A stretch of DNA of 64,000 bases from Candidatus Micrarchaeia archaeon (GTDB lineage: Archaea > Micrarchaeota > Micrarchaeia > Anstonellales > Anstonellaceae). Every line of letters starts with the position of its first letter. Position 1 is the stretch's first letter. Of the stretch, positions 25,127 to 34,283 are shown one piece after another. The stretch is taken from the NCBI GenBank assembly GCA_041665945.1, contig JBAYHU010000002.1, positions 107,350 to 171,349 on the forward strand, written 5' to 3'. The position numbers and the translations under genes were made by a program. A model generated the notes under the pieces. It was not told where the DNA came from. It did no database searches and saw only the letters and a list, made by a program, of their open reading frames with translations.

Positions 25127-26119
25127 CTATCTCCTCCCCCTTCTGTATTCTGCCACTAACTTGTCTAAGTCCATTTTTCGCTCGCCCAAATTATATAAAC
25201 CCACGTCATGGGAGGTGGCTTTCTGGGAGGGGGGCGGCAAGGGGGCGGAAACGTGCTGTTTTTTGGGGATTGTGGCGGATTTTGCGGGGTTTTGCTTCTG
25301 GGGATTGGATTGCTTGGCGGGGACGTGCGGGTTTTGGGTTTTATGCTGCGGGTTTTGGGGCTTGTCCACCCTGTTTTTCCCGTGCAAGCCGATTTTTTCA
25401 AGCGCGAGATTCAGCTTGAAGCGAAGCTTGCGAAGCTCGGAGTCGTGAAACACGGACTGGCGCACGCCGTTTTCAAGCAGGCGCACCCTGTTTTCAAGCT
25501 GCTGTTTTTCGTTTTCGAGCCGCGTTGCGAGCATGCGAAGATGCGCGTTCTCGCGGGCAAGCGCTGAAACGCGGGCGCGGAGCTCTTCAGAGGAAAGGGA
25601 GCGCTGCAGAGTGTCCTGCTTTTGAGATGGAGAGGATGACTCGGCTGGCGCGGATTTACCAAGCTCCAAAAACGCGTCTTTCACCTTGTAGCCCTTGAGT
25701 ATGAGGTGCTTCACGCGGTCCCTGTCCTCCCGCGGGACGTCATCAATGGCGTCTATCTGGCGCAGTTTGTTGGCGTGCGCGCGGAAAGCGAAAACCGCGG
25801 CAGTGTATGCGTCGCGCTCGTGGTTGTTTTCCACGCCTGAGCCGCGGGCAATCTGCCGCTTGTCATCCTCGCAGATGTTGTGCGGGGGCGAGTGCAGGCG
25901 GCAGGAGAAGTATGACGCGATTTTCTGCGCGAACTCGGGGGCAGGGGAAACGTCGCATGCGATAAGCGAGGGCGTGCCGCTTTTCTCTATGAAGGAAACC
26001 GCCTCGGAAATCCCGCCGCCTGAAAAGGAGCCTGTGGTGATTTTTTCGCCTGAAAGGGAGAGGATTGCGACGCCTATCGTGGCGCCCGGGTCCAATCCGA
26101 CGACTATGTGCCTGTGCAA
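25127..26119 (-). CDS. hypothetical protein: RNase-H-like N-terminal domain (DUF460-like), coiled-coil, basic Pro/Gln-rich tail
   Basis: [23 protein letters not shown] resembles YqgF/RuvC-like folds. A central heptad region ([30 protein letters not shown]). C-terminal [12 protein letters not shown] repeats. Confidence 0.5.
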   Translation of the reverse strand: MHRHIVVGLDPGATIGVAILSLSGEKITTGSFSGGGISEAVSFIEKSGTPSLIACDVSPAPEFAQKIASYFSCRLHSPPHNICEDDKRQIARGSGVENNHERDAYTAAVFAFRAHANKLRQIDAIDDVPREDRDRVKHLILKGYKVKDAFLELGKSAPAESSSPSQKQDTLQRSLSSEELRARVSALARENAHLRMLATRLENEKQQLENRVRLLENGVRQSVFHDSELRKLRFKLNLALEKIGLHGKNRVDKPQNPQHKTQNPHVPAKQSNPQKQNPAKSATIPKKQHVSAPLPPPSQKATSHDVGLYNLGERKMDLDKLVAEYRRGRR

Positions 26120-26229
26120 TCATTCACCACGATTGCTCAGAGGGAACATGTTTTTGAGCGTATTGTTCCAAGCTCCGATTAATATACGTTTATATACTTA
26201 TTGCAACATTAAAAAAGCAGGTGGTATTC

Positions 26230-26616
26230 ATGCAGAACCTGAAGGGAAAGCTCGTACAAAGCTGGAATATTTGCATTGACGGAAAGGATGGAAACACTGT
26301 CAACGCCAAGGTCACAAAGACGATGCCCGTATTCGGAAAAATGGCAGTGGAGGTAAGGGGCATTGAGCTTCCGCTCGTAGTCTCCAAAAGAGATGTCAAT
26401 GATTTCAGGAAGTCGGAACTGTACGATGGAAGCAGGGGGAAAGCGTCCGAAGACATGGCAAAAAAAATAGACTTCGCATACCAGCTTGCTTACGAAGACG
26501 GACTAAGTTCGTATGAGGGAGTCGAAGCGCTCAAGTTTGCCAGCACGCACTTCTTCAAAGGCAAAACTGACATGGCAACCTACTTGCAGGCAAAACTGAT
26601 GGACGCAATGGTCTGA
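26230..26616 (+). CDS. hypothetical protein
   Basis: First ATG of the track ORF 26221..26616. TATA tttatata lies upstream. No motif recognised. Confidence 0.45.
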   Translation: MQNLKGKLVQSWNICIDGKDGNTVNAKVTKTMPVFGKMAVEVRGIELPLVVSKRDVNDFRKSELYDGSRGKASEDMAKKIDFAYQLAYEDGLSSYEGVEALKFASTHFFKGKTDMATYLQAKLMDAMV

Positions 26617-26624
26617 GGCTGCGC

Positions 26625-27881
26625 TCACTCGCCGGATTTTGAGTCGAGCTTCTGCTTGGTGAGCGCCTGGTGCAGGACGAGGTGCGTCTTTCTCTCGACG
26701 TTTTCCTTGACGACTATCCCCGCGTCAATCCAGCAGGAGTCGCCTATCATCTTGCCCGGCATCACGGAAGTCAGCACGCCCATCTTCACGTTGTCGCCGA
26801 TTATCGCGCCCAGCTTGTTGCGGTTGGTGTCGATTATAACGTCGTTGACGACCGCCTTGATATTGCCCGCGTCGAAGCGGTAGTTCGCGATTTGCGTCGC
26901 CGCCCCGAAGTTGCAGTTCGAGCCGATTATGGAATCGCCGACGTATGTCAGGTGCTTGGCGTTCACGTGGTCGAATACTATGCTGTTTTTTATCGTGGTG
27001 GAGTCGCCTATGCCGCAGTTCTTGCCGATGGAGGTAGTGCCGCGGATGTAGGCGTGCGGGCCCACGTAGGAGCCTGCCCCGATGTAGACGTTGCCCTCGA
27101 TTACCGAGTCGTGTATCTCCGCTCCCTTCTCCATAATCAGCTTGCCGCGCACAGTCACGTTCTCGAGTTTTTCGCGCTTTTCGGGAAGCTTTGAGAGCAG
27201 GAATTCGTTCGCGGAGAAAAGCTGCCATGGCATGCCCATGTCAAGCCAGTAGTCGTTTATTTCCACGGCTTTCGCCCCGATGAGAAGGTCGGTGATTTCG
27301 TATTCTCCGCGCGGGGACTTTTTCAGCGCTTTTATTTTCTTGAACACGGTTGGCTCGAAAACGTAAAGCGAGCAGTTTGCGAGGTTGGATTTCGGCTTTC
27401 CCGCCTTTTCCTCGAAGGATGAGATGTTCCCGCCCTTGAGAATGGCTGTGCCGTATTCGCGCGCGTCCTCCACGGGATGAAGCGCGGCAGTCACTTCGCC
27501 TTCCGCCTTTTCCCCGAGTTTTTTGAGCGCGGACGCCTCGGTTATGATGTCGCCGGCAACTCCGAAGAAAGTTTCGGTGGCGAATTGTTCCGCGTAGCCG
27601 AAAGCCGCCGCGGTTCCGTAGCTGTCGCCCTGCTCGATGAATGTGAGTTTCATGCCCGGAATGGGGTTTGCGGCGAAGTAGTCGGTGATTGCCTCTTTCT
27701 TGTACTTGACCACGATTGCCGCGTCGTTCACTCCCGCGGACTTGAGATTCTCAAGCACGTGCTGGAGTATGGGCTTGCCCGCAAGCTGTATCATGCATTT
27801 CGGGCGCGTGTAGGTGAGCGGGCGCAGGCGCTTGCCCTCCCCTGCAGCCAAAACCACTGCTTTGCGTATTTGGTTTGCCAT
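26625..27881 (-). CDS. glmU: bifunctional sugar-1-phosphate nucleotidyltransferase / acetyltransferase (GlmU-like)
   Basis: N-terminal AVVLAAGEGKRLRPLTYTRPKCM nucleotidyltransferase motif. C-terminal left-handed beta-helix hexapeptide repeats. Start placed at MANQIRK (the track ORF extends to 27923 and would overlap the divergent gene). Confidence 0.8.
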   Translation of the reverse strand: MANQIRKAVVLAAGEGKRLRPLTYTRPKCMIQLAGKPILQHVLENLKSAGVNDAAIVVKYKKEAITDYFAANPIPGMKLTFIEQGDSYGTAAAFGYAEQFATETFFGVAGDIITEASALKKLGEKAEGEVTAALHPVEDAREYGTAILKGGNISSFEEKAGKPKSNLANCSLYVFEPTVFKKIKALKKSPRGEYEITDLLIGAKAVEINDYWLDMGMPWQLFSANEFLLSKLPEKREKLENVTVRGKLIMEKGAEIHDSVIEGNVYIGAGSYVGPHAYIRGTTSIGKNCGIGDSTTIKNSIVFDHVNAKHLTYVGDSIIGSNCNFGAATQIANYRFDAGNIKAVVNDVIIDTNRNKLGAIIGDNVKMGVLTSVMPGKMIGDSCWIDAGIVVKENVERKTHLVLHQALTKQKLDSKSGE

Positions 27882-27944
27882 GGAGGAATTTGAGGACGAG
27901 GAGTTTATTAAGTTTGTTTGCAAGACGTTGAACGGGGTGCTGCC

Positions 27945-28793
27945 ATGGGCAAAGTTGACGTCATTTCATCCATTTTCGAATCGTTCGAGCTTATCAGGGA
28001 ACATTACAAGGAAGTCGCAGTCCCGCTGCTTGTCCTCATACTGCTTTCCGGAATCGGGCACTTCGGCGGCTCGTCGTTTTCCAACAATTATGGCCAGAAC
28101 GGAGCCGAGCCGTTTGAAGGTGCTGGGCTTGCCAACGCGATGATGGGCGACAACGGCGGCGTGCTCGCGCTGGGCGGATTCCTGCTTCTGTTAATCGCAG
28201 CAGTTATACTGATGTTCCTCGCAGTCATGGTAATCTCCGAGGCGACCACGTTCTACATATACGAGCATTTCTATGCGATACTCAACAAGAAGAAAATCAA
28301 GGCAAAATGGACCGAGCGGTTCGGCAGGCTGGCGGGCAAATCAATTGTCCTTATCCTGTTCAGGCTCGCGATTTTCGCTGCAGTGTTCATGCTGCCCCTC
28401 CTGCAGTTTTGGAACATTGTTTCAACGCTTGAGGCGATGTCGGTTGCCGGGATAATCGGCGCGCTTTTCTCAATCGCCTTCGCGCTTGTCGCTGGCATAG
28501 TCATGTTCGTGATTGTGAGTTTCGCGCTCACTCCGCTGTGGGTCTATTATGTGATGGACGGGAAAGGGCTTTTCGACTCGGCGGGAAAATCGGTGAACCT
28601 CGTTGTCGGCAACCCGGCATCGTTTATGCTGATGGCGTTCGTATTCGGCCTTCTCGGAATCGGGATGGCATGCACGATAATGATTTCAACGTGCTGCTGC
28701 CTCTCGTGGCTTGTCTCGCCAATATTGAGCGTGGGCTTCAGCATGCTCTACGGAGTGACGCTGATGAAGGTCAAGCTCGCGATTGAGAAGTGA
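27945..28793 (+). CDS. hypothetical polytopic membrane protein
   Basis: Multiple hydrophobic helices. First ATG of the track ORF 27918..28793. Confidence 0.5.
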   Translation: MGKVDVISSIFESFELIREHYKEVAVPLLVLILLSGIGHFGGSSFSNNYGQNGAEPFEGAGLANAMMGDNGGVLALGGFLLLLIAAVILMFLAVMVISEATTFYIYEHFYAILNKKKIKAKWTERFGRLAGKSIVLILFRLAIFAAVFMLPLLQFWNIVSTLEAMSVAGIIGALFSIAFALVAGIVMFVIVSFALTPLWVYYVMDGKGLFDSAGKSVNLVVGNPASFMLMAFVFGLLGIGMACTIMISTCCCLSWLVSPILSVGFSMLYGVTLMKVKLAIEK

Positions 28794-28843
28794 GGGGCGC
28801 GCCTTTTCTTTTTTTATTTTTCGGACTTAGCCCGCGGCAGGCG

Positions 28844-30181
28844 CTACTTTGCCTTGTCGATTTCCTGCACGATGATGTTCTCCGCGCGCTGGGCGACTTC
28901 CGTGAGCCGCTTTTGCGTGCGGGCTTCGCAGGTAAGGCGGATTGCCGGCTCGGTGCCGGACGCGCGGATGAGCATCCAGCCGTCGTCAAAATCGTAGCGC
29001 AGCCCGTCCACCGTGGAGAGCTTGCCCTCAAGCTGCGGGCGGGCGCCGATTGCGTGCATTATCGCGTCTTTTTTGCCCGCGAGGCACTTGTATTTGCGCC
29101 TGTCCATGCTGTAGGTTTTGATCGAGGATGCAAGCGTGGAGAGCTTGCCGCCTGTTGCGAATATTTCAGCAATGACAAGCGCGGAGAGTATGCCCTCGGC
29201 GCATGGCGTTGCCGAGGGGAAGACGTATTCCCCGCACGGCTCGCCGCCGAATATGGCGCCCTGCTTTTTCACTTCCTCGGCAACGTGAAGGCTTCCGACC
29301 GGCGTTATAGACACCGTTCCGCCGAGAGACTCGACTGTTTCGCGGACGGTAAGGGATGCTTCGACCGTGCTAATCACCCTCTTGTTGCCGTCCTTTGCCT
29401 TTGCGATGAAGTGCTTGCAGAACATGGCAAGCTGGACATCAAGGGGCAGGGCATTGCCTTTTTCGTCAATCGCGATTGCGCGGTCGCCGTCCCCGTCGAA
29501 CGCTATGCCGAAGTCGCACTTCTCCTTTTTCACCGCCTTTGCCGCCTCGGCAAGAGTGGAGGGGTTGGGCTCGAGGTTGCGCTTGAAGTCCCCCGGCTTG
29601 TCGCAGTAGTGGCGCACCACCACGCAGCCCGCGGCTTCGAGAAGCTCCGGGCCGACCCGGTATGCCGCGGCATTGCCCGCGTCCACTAGGACCTTGGGCG
29701 CCACGGACTTTACCAGGGCGGAATCGGCTTTTGACAGGAGGTAGCCGATGTATTCGTGGGAATAGTCCTTCTCGGAGAGCTGCCCCGCGGACTTCCACTC
29801 GGATATTCTCTCCCCGGCGGCAACCGCCTGCTCGATTTCCTTTTCCTGAGGCTTCGCGTATTCCATGCCGTGCGAGAAGAGCTTGATGCCGTTGTATTCC
29901 GGCGGGTTGTGCGAGGCGGTTATCATGGCGCCGTCGCACTTTTCCTTCATGCACGCGTATGCGAGAAGCGGGGTGGGCGCGACGCCTATGTCAATCACGC
30001 TGCAGCCCGCAGACATGGCGCCTGCTGCGAGCGATTTTGCGAGTATGGGCGAGGTGGAGCGCGTGTCGCGCGCGAGTATGAGCTTCTTGCCCCTCAAGCC
30101 AACGGCATTGCCCACCTTGCGGGCGAGTTCTGGCGTGACGTCGGAGCCGTACAGCCCCCGGATTCCTGATGTTCCAAACAT
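28844..30181 (-). CDS. glmM: phosphoglucosamine mutase / phosphomannomutase
   Basis: MFGTSGIRG and the active-site ITASHNPPEYNGIK. Four alpha-D-phosphohexomutase domains. Confidence 0.85.
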   Translation of the reverse strand: MFGTSGIRGLYGSDVTPELARKVGNAVGLRGKKLILARDTRSTSPILAKSLAAGAMSAGCSVIDIGVAPTPLLAYACMKEKCDGAMITASHNPPEYNGIKLFSHGMEYAKPQEKEIEQAVAAGERISEWKSAGQLSEKDYSHEYIGYLLSKADSALVKSVAPKVLVDAGNAAAYRVGPELLEAAGCVVVRHYCDKPGDFKRNLEPNPSTLAEAAKAVKKEKCDFGIAFDGDGDRAIAIDEKGNALPLDVQLAMFCKHFIAKAKDGNKRVISTVEASLTVRETVESLGGTVSITPVGSLHVAEEVKKQGAIFGGEPCGEYVFPSATPCAEGILSALVIAEIFATGGKLSTLASSIKTYSMDRRKYKCLAGKKDAIMHAIGARPQLEGKLSTVDGLRYDFDDGWMLIRASGTEPAIRLTCEARTQKRLTEVAQRAENIIVQEIDKAK

Positions 30182-30233
30182 GACATGATTCGCTTGAATA
30201 GGTTTTTAAATTCTTGATATGTGAAGTTCGACT

Positions 30234-30413
30234 ATGAGCGTAGACAGGATATCGGTTTCAGGGCCCCAGTCATCGGCGGGCATACTCGGCATCAGCTCGA
30301 ACACCAACCTCGGCGGGCTCAAGTTCAACCCAAGGGGAGTGGCGCTGTTCGCGGCGGCATTCATAATAGTGGTCAAGATAATCGACATAATCGTGGCGAC
30401 GAAGACCATCTGA
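30234..30413 (+). CDS. Sec61-beta/SecG-like tail-anchored membrane protein (59 aa), below the ORF-track cutoff
   Basis: MSVDRISVSGPQSSAGILGISSNTNLGGLKFNPRGVALFAAAFIIVVKIIDIIVATKTI, with strong G/C third-position codon bias matching real genes. TATA tttttaaa lies about 25 nt upstream (leaderless). The antisense track ORF 30206..30409 is judged spurious. Confidence 0.5.
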   Translation: MSVDRISVSGPQSSAGILGISSNTNLGGLKFNPRGVALFAAAFIIVVKIIDIIVATKTI

Positions 30414-30445
30414 TTGTGGAGAACAGCCAGGATTTTATTTCACGC

Positions 30446-30808
30446 TTAGCGCAGCAACCCGAACAGGCGGCGCATCTTGGCGGAAGCCGTTATTTGCTCA
30501 GCCTTGGGTGATTTGAAGGCAGCGTCGTTTTCAAAGCCCGGCAGCGGATTGACGACGTATATGTGGGTGCAGCAAACTGCAACATCGTTTCCTTTGGAGT
30601 CGCGATAGGAGACGTTCGGTTTTCCCTTGAACCATGATTCCACAAGATACAGCTTGGCTCCGGGGTATTTCAGCGCCCTCGCGTTCGCCTTTTCGAAGTT
30701 CATGATGCTGAAAGAGCCGATTATCTTTGCCGCGGGATTGTTGTTTTGCATGACGACGCCGGCTTTCACCGAGTATCCCGCATTTTCCTGCTGTTTCGTA
30801 TGCTGCAT
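30446..30808 (-). CDS. hypothetical protein
   Basis: Track ORF 30446..30817. First ATG (MQHTKQQ...) is at 30808. No motif. Confidence 0.4.
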   Translation of the reverse strand: MQHTKQQENAGYSVKAGVVMQNNNPAAKIIGSFSIMNFEKANARALKYPGAKLYLVESWFKGKPNVSYRDSKGNDVAVCCTHIYVVNPLPGFENDAAFKSPKAEQITASAKMRRLFGLLR

Positions 30809-30888
30809 GAATATCACCAGAGCTTACTCTGGCGAGAAATCATTATTAACCATTCTATAACTTTTAATACCACGATTCTTCCGCCGTC

Positions 30889-32001
30889 TTACTTTCCAAG
30901 AAGCTTTGCCGCCTTGTCCGCCACTTTCTTCACGTTTCTTTCCCCGCAGATGGCAAGCACGTCCAGCCGCGGCTTTTGCATCCTCGAAAGCGAGCGCACA
31001 AGCTCGGATGCGCGGGAAAGCGGAATTTCGCTTCCGTCCTCGCGAGACATCTTTATCTGCGTCTGCGAAGAGAGGCGCGGCACGTCAAGAAGCACGTCGC
31101 AGCCGCACGCATCTGAAAGCTCGGATTCCATCGCGCCTATTTTCCCCTTGAAGCCCGAAAGCGGGAATGAATATGCCTTTTTGTAGAGCCTGCGCTCTGC
31201 GAGCCCTTTTGCATATGCGCCGCCGGTCTTTGAGCCTTGGAGGATTTCGAGCATTTTCGCGTCGGACAAGCCGCTTGCCGCCTGCGCGTCAAGGGTTCCG
31301 TCCTCAAGCGCGAGGCGCATGGATTGCTGGAGCATGCGGGAGGCTATGCGCACTGTCTTGTGGAGATAGACCGTGGAGAACATTGTGAAGCGCGCGACTA
31401 ACAGGCTTTCAGCCGCGGGAAGCCCGCGCTCGGCAAGGTAGAGCCTGCCGCCTGAGAGGAGAAGCGAGGCACAGAGCCATTCCGAGTCAATCGCTCCGTA
31501 AGCAACGCCGGTGTAATGCGAGTCACGCAGGAGGTAGTCCATCCTGTCCGCGCCTATGTCCGAGGATATTATCTCCCCCATGCGGGTGTGCGGGAGTTTC
31601 GCGATTTTCTTGGGGGAATATTGCTCCGAGAGGATGTCGCGGATTTCGCCGGACATTATCATCCCTTCGCCGACCTTCTCGTGGTTGCCTATGAATTTGG
31701 AAAGGACTGCCTCGCCTTCGTGCGAGAATGCTGTGTGCCCGACGTCGTGCAGAAGGGCGGCTGCGCGGACTTCCCCTGCCTCATCCTTTCCAAGCCCCAT
31801 TTCCCTGCAAATCCTGTCTGCAAGAGCGAGGGTGCCGATTGAGTGCTCGAAGCGCGTGTGGTTCGCGCCCGGATAGACGAGATACGCCATGGCGAGCTGG
31901 CGTATGCCGCGAAGGCGCTGCATCTGCCGGGAGTCGAGCAGCTTCTCCTCCAAATCGGAGAGCTGCACTGTTCCGTGCAATGGGTCGCGTATTCGAAGCA
32001 T
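30889..32001 (-). CDS. HD-domain metal-dependent phosphohydrolase (dNTP triphosphohydrolase-like)
   Basis: NHTRFEHSIGT...LLHDVGHTAFSH HD motif. About 370 aa. Confidence 0.8.
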   Translation of the reverse strand: MLRIRDPLHGTVQLSDLEEKLLDSRQMQRLRGIRQLAMAYLVYPGANHTRFEHSIGTLALADRICREMGLGKDEAGEVRAAALLHDVGHTAFSHEGEAVLSKFIGNHEKVGEGMIMSGEIRDILSEQYSPKKIAKLPHTRMGEIISSDIGADRMDYLLRDSHYTGVAYGAIDSEWLCASLLLSGGRLYLAERGLPAAESLLVARFTMFSTVYLHKTVRIASRMLQQSMRLALEDGTLDAQAASGLSDAKMLEILQGSKTGGAYAKGLAERRLYKKAYSFPLSGFKGKIGAMESELSDACGCDVLLDVPRLSSQTQIKMSREDGSEIPLSRASELVRSLSRMQKPRLDVLAICGERNVKKVADKAAKLLGK

Positions 32002-32015
32002 AAAACCATCTGCAA

Positions 32016-32813
32016 CTATGCCTTTGTGAATTTGCCCCTGTGCTTTTCCATTGCCTCGCCCTCTTCGCAGAGGTGGAGGAGGACTGCGCGGCAGCCGTCA
32101 GGGGGCATGCCCGCCTCTTCGGCTATTTCCTCGGTGGTCTTTTCGGACTTTGACAATGCGAGCAGCACCTTCTTTTCCCATTCCTCGTAGTACGCCCGCC
32201 TCACGAAATAGTATTTCATGTCGAATGCGCGCGTTCCCCTCACTTCGCCGGACTTTATCTTTTCTGAAAACGCGTTGCCGAACCCCCGCGCGTCGGTTTC
32301 GTTTTCAAGCACCATCCAGCCGAATGATTCGAGGTGCGCGACAGAGGAAACCGAAATCGGGGATGACGGCGCTGAGGGGGCGGGGGATTGCGATGATGGC
32401 TCCCGCACCGCGTTGAACGTCGCGTCCGGGACATTGTAGACTCCTTCGGGATATTTCTGGCTGTGCAGGATGTCGACTATCCTCTTTTTTACAAGCAAAT
32501 CAAGCTCGTCCTTTTCGCCCCTTGAAAACGTCTTTGCCACTTCGGACAGGCTGCGCTTCTCGAAGCGGATGGAAAGAAGCTTTCTCACAAGCTCCTTTTC
32601 CTTTTCGGAAAACTGCGAGCCGGCTGCTGCGCCGCCCGCGCCTGCACCCTGCGATTGGGCGGGCTTCCCCGCTATCGCGCCTTTTATCGTGAGAAGGTAG
32701 ATTCCGTCCTTCAGGGGGAAAATCTCAAGCGAGGAGGAGGCGGCAATGTCTGCGGGCAGCGCGCCTGCAAGCAGAAGCCCGTCCCTTGTTTTTGATGCCT
32801 TGATTTCAGCCAA
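32016..32813 (-). CDS. hypothetical protein with low-complexity Ala/Gly/Ser/Pro regions
   Basis: No known motif. A possible winged helix at the C-terminus. Confidence 0.45.
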   Translation of the reverse strand: MAEIKASKTRDGLLLAGALPADIAASSSLEIFPLKDGIYLLTIKGAIAGKPAQSQGAGAGGAAAGSQFSEKEKELVRKLLSIRFEKRSLSEVAKTFSRGEKDELDLLVKKRIVDILHSQKYPEGVYNVPDATFNAVREPSSQSPAPSAPSSPISVSSVAHLESFGWMVLENETDARGFGNAFSEKIKSGEVRGTRAFDMKYYFVRRAYYEEWEKKVLLALSKSEKTTEEIAEEAGMPPDGCRAVLLHLCEEGEAMEKHRGKFTKA

Positions 32814-32828
32814 ATGCCCACCCGCGGA

Positions 32829-33443
32829 TTATGATTTCACCAGTTTCTTCTGCTTCACCTTGCCGTCCGGCTTGTCCTCGGAAAACACCAGCGCCTGGAA
32901 GCTGCTTATCTTCGCCGAGGGGGACTTCCACATGTTGCGCGGCAGTCCCGCCTTTTCGCAGAGGTGCCCGAGGAATTCCGTTTCGTTCCAGTTCCACTCG
33001 ATTGGCACCTGCGGAAGGAGAAGCCCGGATGCGTAGCCGTATTCGATAATGAGCCCGTCCCGCCCCACCTTTATCTTCTTGGGGTAATCTTCAGGGGATG
33101 CGGCTTTCACGGTTTCCGGAACGGTAAGCACGCTCACTTCCACCGTTGTCTTGTCAAGCTCGGATTTCGACATCGGGGGGAAGCGGGGGTCCTCGAACGC
33201 CGCGTGGAGCGCGTTTTCCGCGACCGAAAGCGAGAGTTCCTTTATGGGAAGAGGGTAGCCTATGCAGCCGCGCAATTCGTGCGAGGGGAACGATTCCAGC
33301 GTCACGAAAACGCCGCGTTTCTCGCCCAAAACGCCGTCTTTCCTCTCGGGCATGAGCCGCTTTCCCGCGGCAAAGTAGTGCTCGATTGAACGGCGGGCAA
33401 GGGACACGAGGTACGCGCCCTGCTCCAGAGTCACTTCGCCCAT
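32829..33443 (-). CDS. AMMECR1-domain protein
   Basis: LRGCIGYPLP motif and length of about 200 aa. Confidence 0.85.
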   Translation of the reverse strand: MGEVTLEQGAYLVSLARRSIEHYFAAGKRLMPERKDGVLGEKRGVFVTLESFPSHELRGCIGYPLPIKELSLSVAENALHAAFEDPRFPPMSKSELDKTTVEVSVLTVPETVKAASPEDYPKKIKVGRDGLIIEYGYASGLLLPQVPIEWNWNETEFLGHLCEKAGLPRNMWKSPSAKISSFQALVFSEDKPDGKVKQKKLVKS

Positions 33444-33564
33444 ATTACCATCACACGAAGCTAACCTTCCACATTCAGATTTGGGGCAGGCAGGTTTAAA
33501 ATTGGCTATTGCCGTCGGTGGGGAGAGGGGGGCGAAGAACGAATTTTAACTTAACCGCGCCAAA

Positions 33565-34086
33565 ATGGTGCGTATGGATTTTATTGAGGAAATCGTGCGG
33601 GTGAAAAAACCGGCGTTGCGCCTGAACGACAACCTCAGGGAGCAGTATTCGGCAATAGCGTTCAAGTTCGGCTATTTCGAGGCGCAATACCCCTGCTGGC
33701 TCTACTTCATGAGGAAGGACGGGCAGACCGCGGCATTCGAGCTGCAGTTCGGCAATGTCTCCGAGTTCAAGACCTCGCTTGAGAGGCTCAACAAGTCCAA
33801 CGCGCAGATATGCTTTTTCATCACCAGCTCGCGCGCGCACACCATGCGCCTTGAGGCCGTGCGCGGCTTGCTGCTCCGCAATTTCCAGATAAAGGAGCAG
33901 AAATTCGTGATAATGGACATCGAGAACGGAAGGTGCCTGCGCGTGAATTTCGAGTGGGACGAGTTCGAGCGGGGGATAGATGCGGATTCCCAGCAGGGCA
34001 TGATAGAGAAGGAAAAGCCGCTATTCCGCGAGGTGCGCCGCAAGAAAATCTACGGCAGGCGCGGCGAGCACAAGGAACAGGACTGA
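33565..34086 (+). CDS. hypothetical protein
   Basis: 173-aa ORF, coding-like. No motif. Confidence 0.45.
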   Translation: MVRMDFIEEIVRVKKPALRLNDNLREQYSAIAFKFGYFEAQYPCWLYFMRKDGQTAAFELQFGNVSEFKTSLERLNKSNAQICFFITSSRAHTMRLEAVRGLLLRNFQIKEQKFVIMDIENGRCLRVNFEWDEFERGIDADSQQGMIEKEKPLFREVRRKKIYGRRGEHKEQD

Positions 34087-34283
34087 TGCCGCAGGGCGGA
34101 AGTGGCGGCGCGCGGAAGCCGCCCCTATGGCAAGGAACAGGGCGGGCTGCGCTTCGGCAACAGGGCTGGTGGGCTACTCTCCGGCTTTTGGCAGGCGGGA
34201 TTTCGTCTTACATGGTTTCCCACCAAATACAAAGATTTATATACCATTACCGCCATAAAAACAGTGTTATCAGGGGGTTGAAT

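Noticed and set aside
30206-30409. 67-aa minus-strand ORF between glmM and the next gene
   Set aside because: Antisense to a better-supported plus-strand Sec61-beta-like ORF with correct codon bias and promoter spacing.
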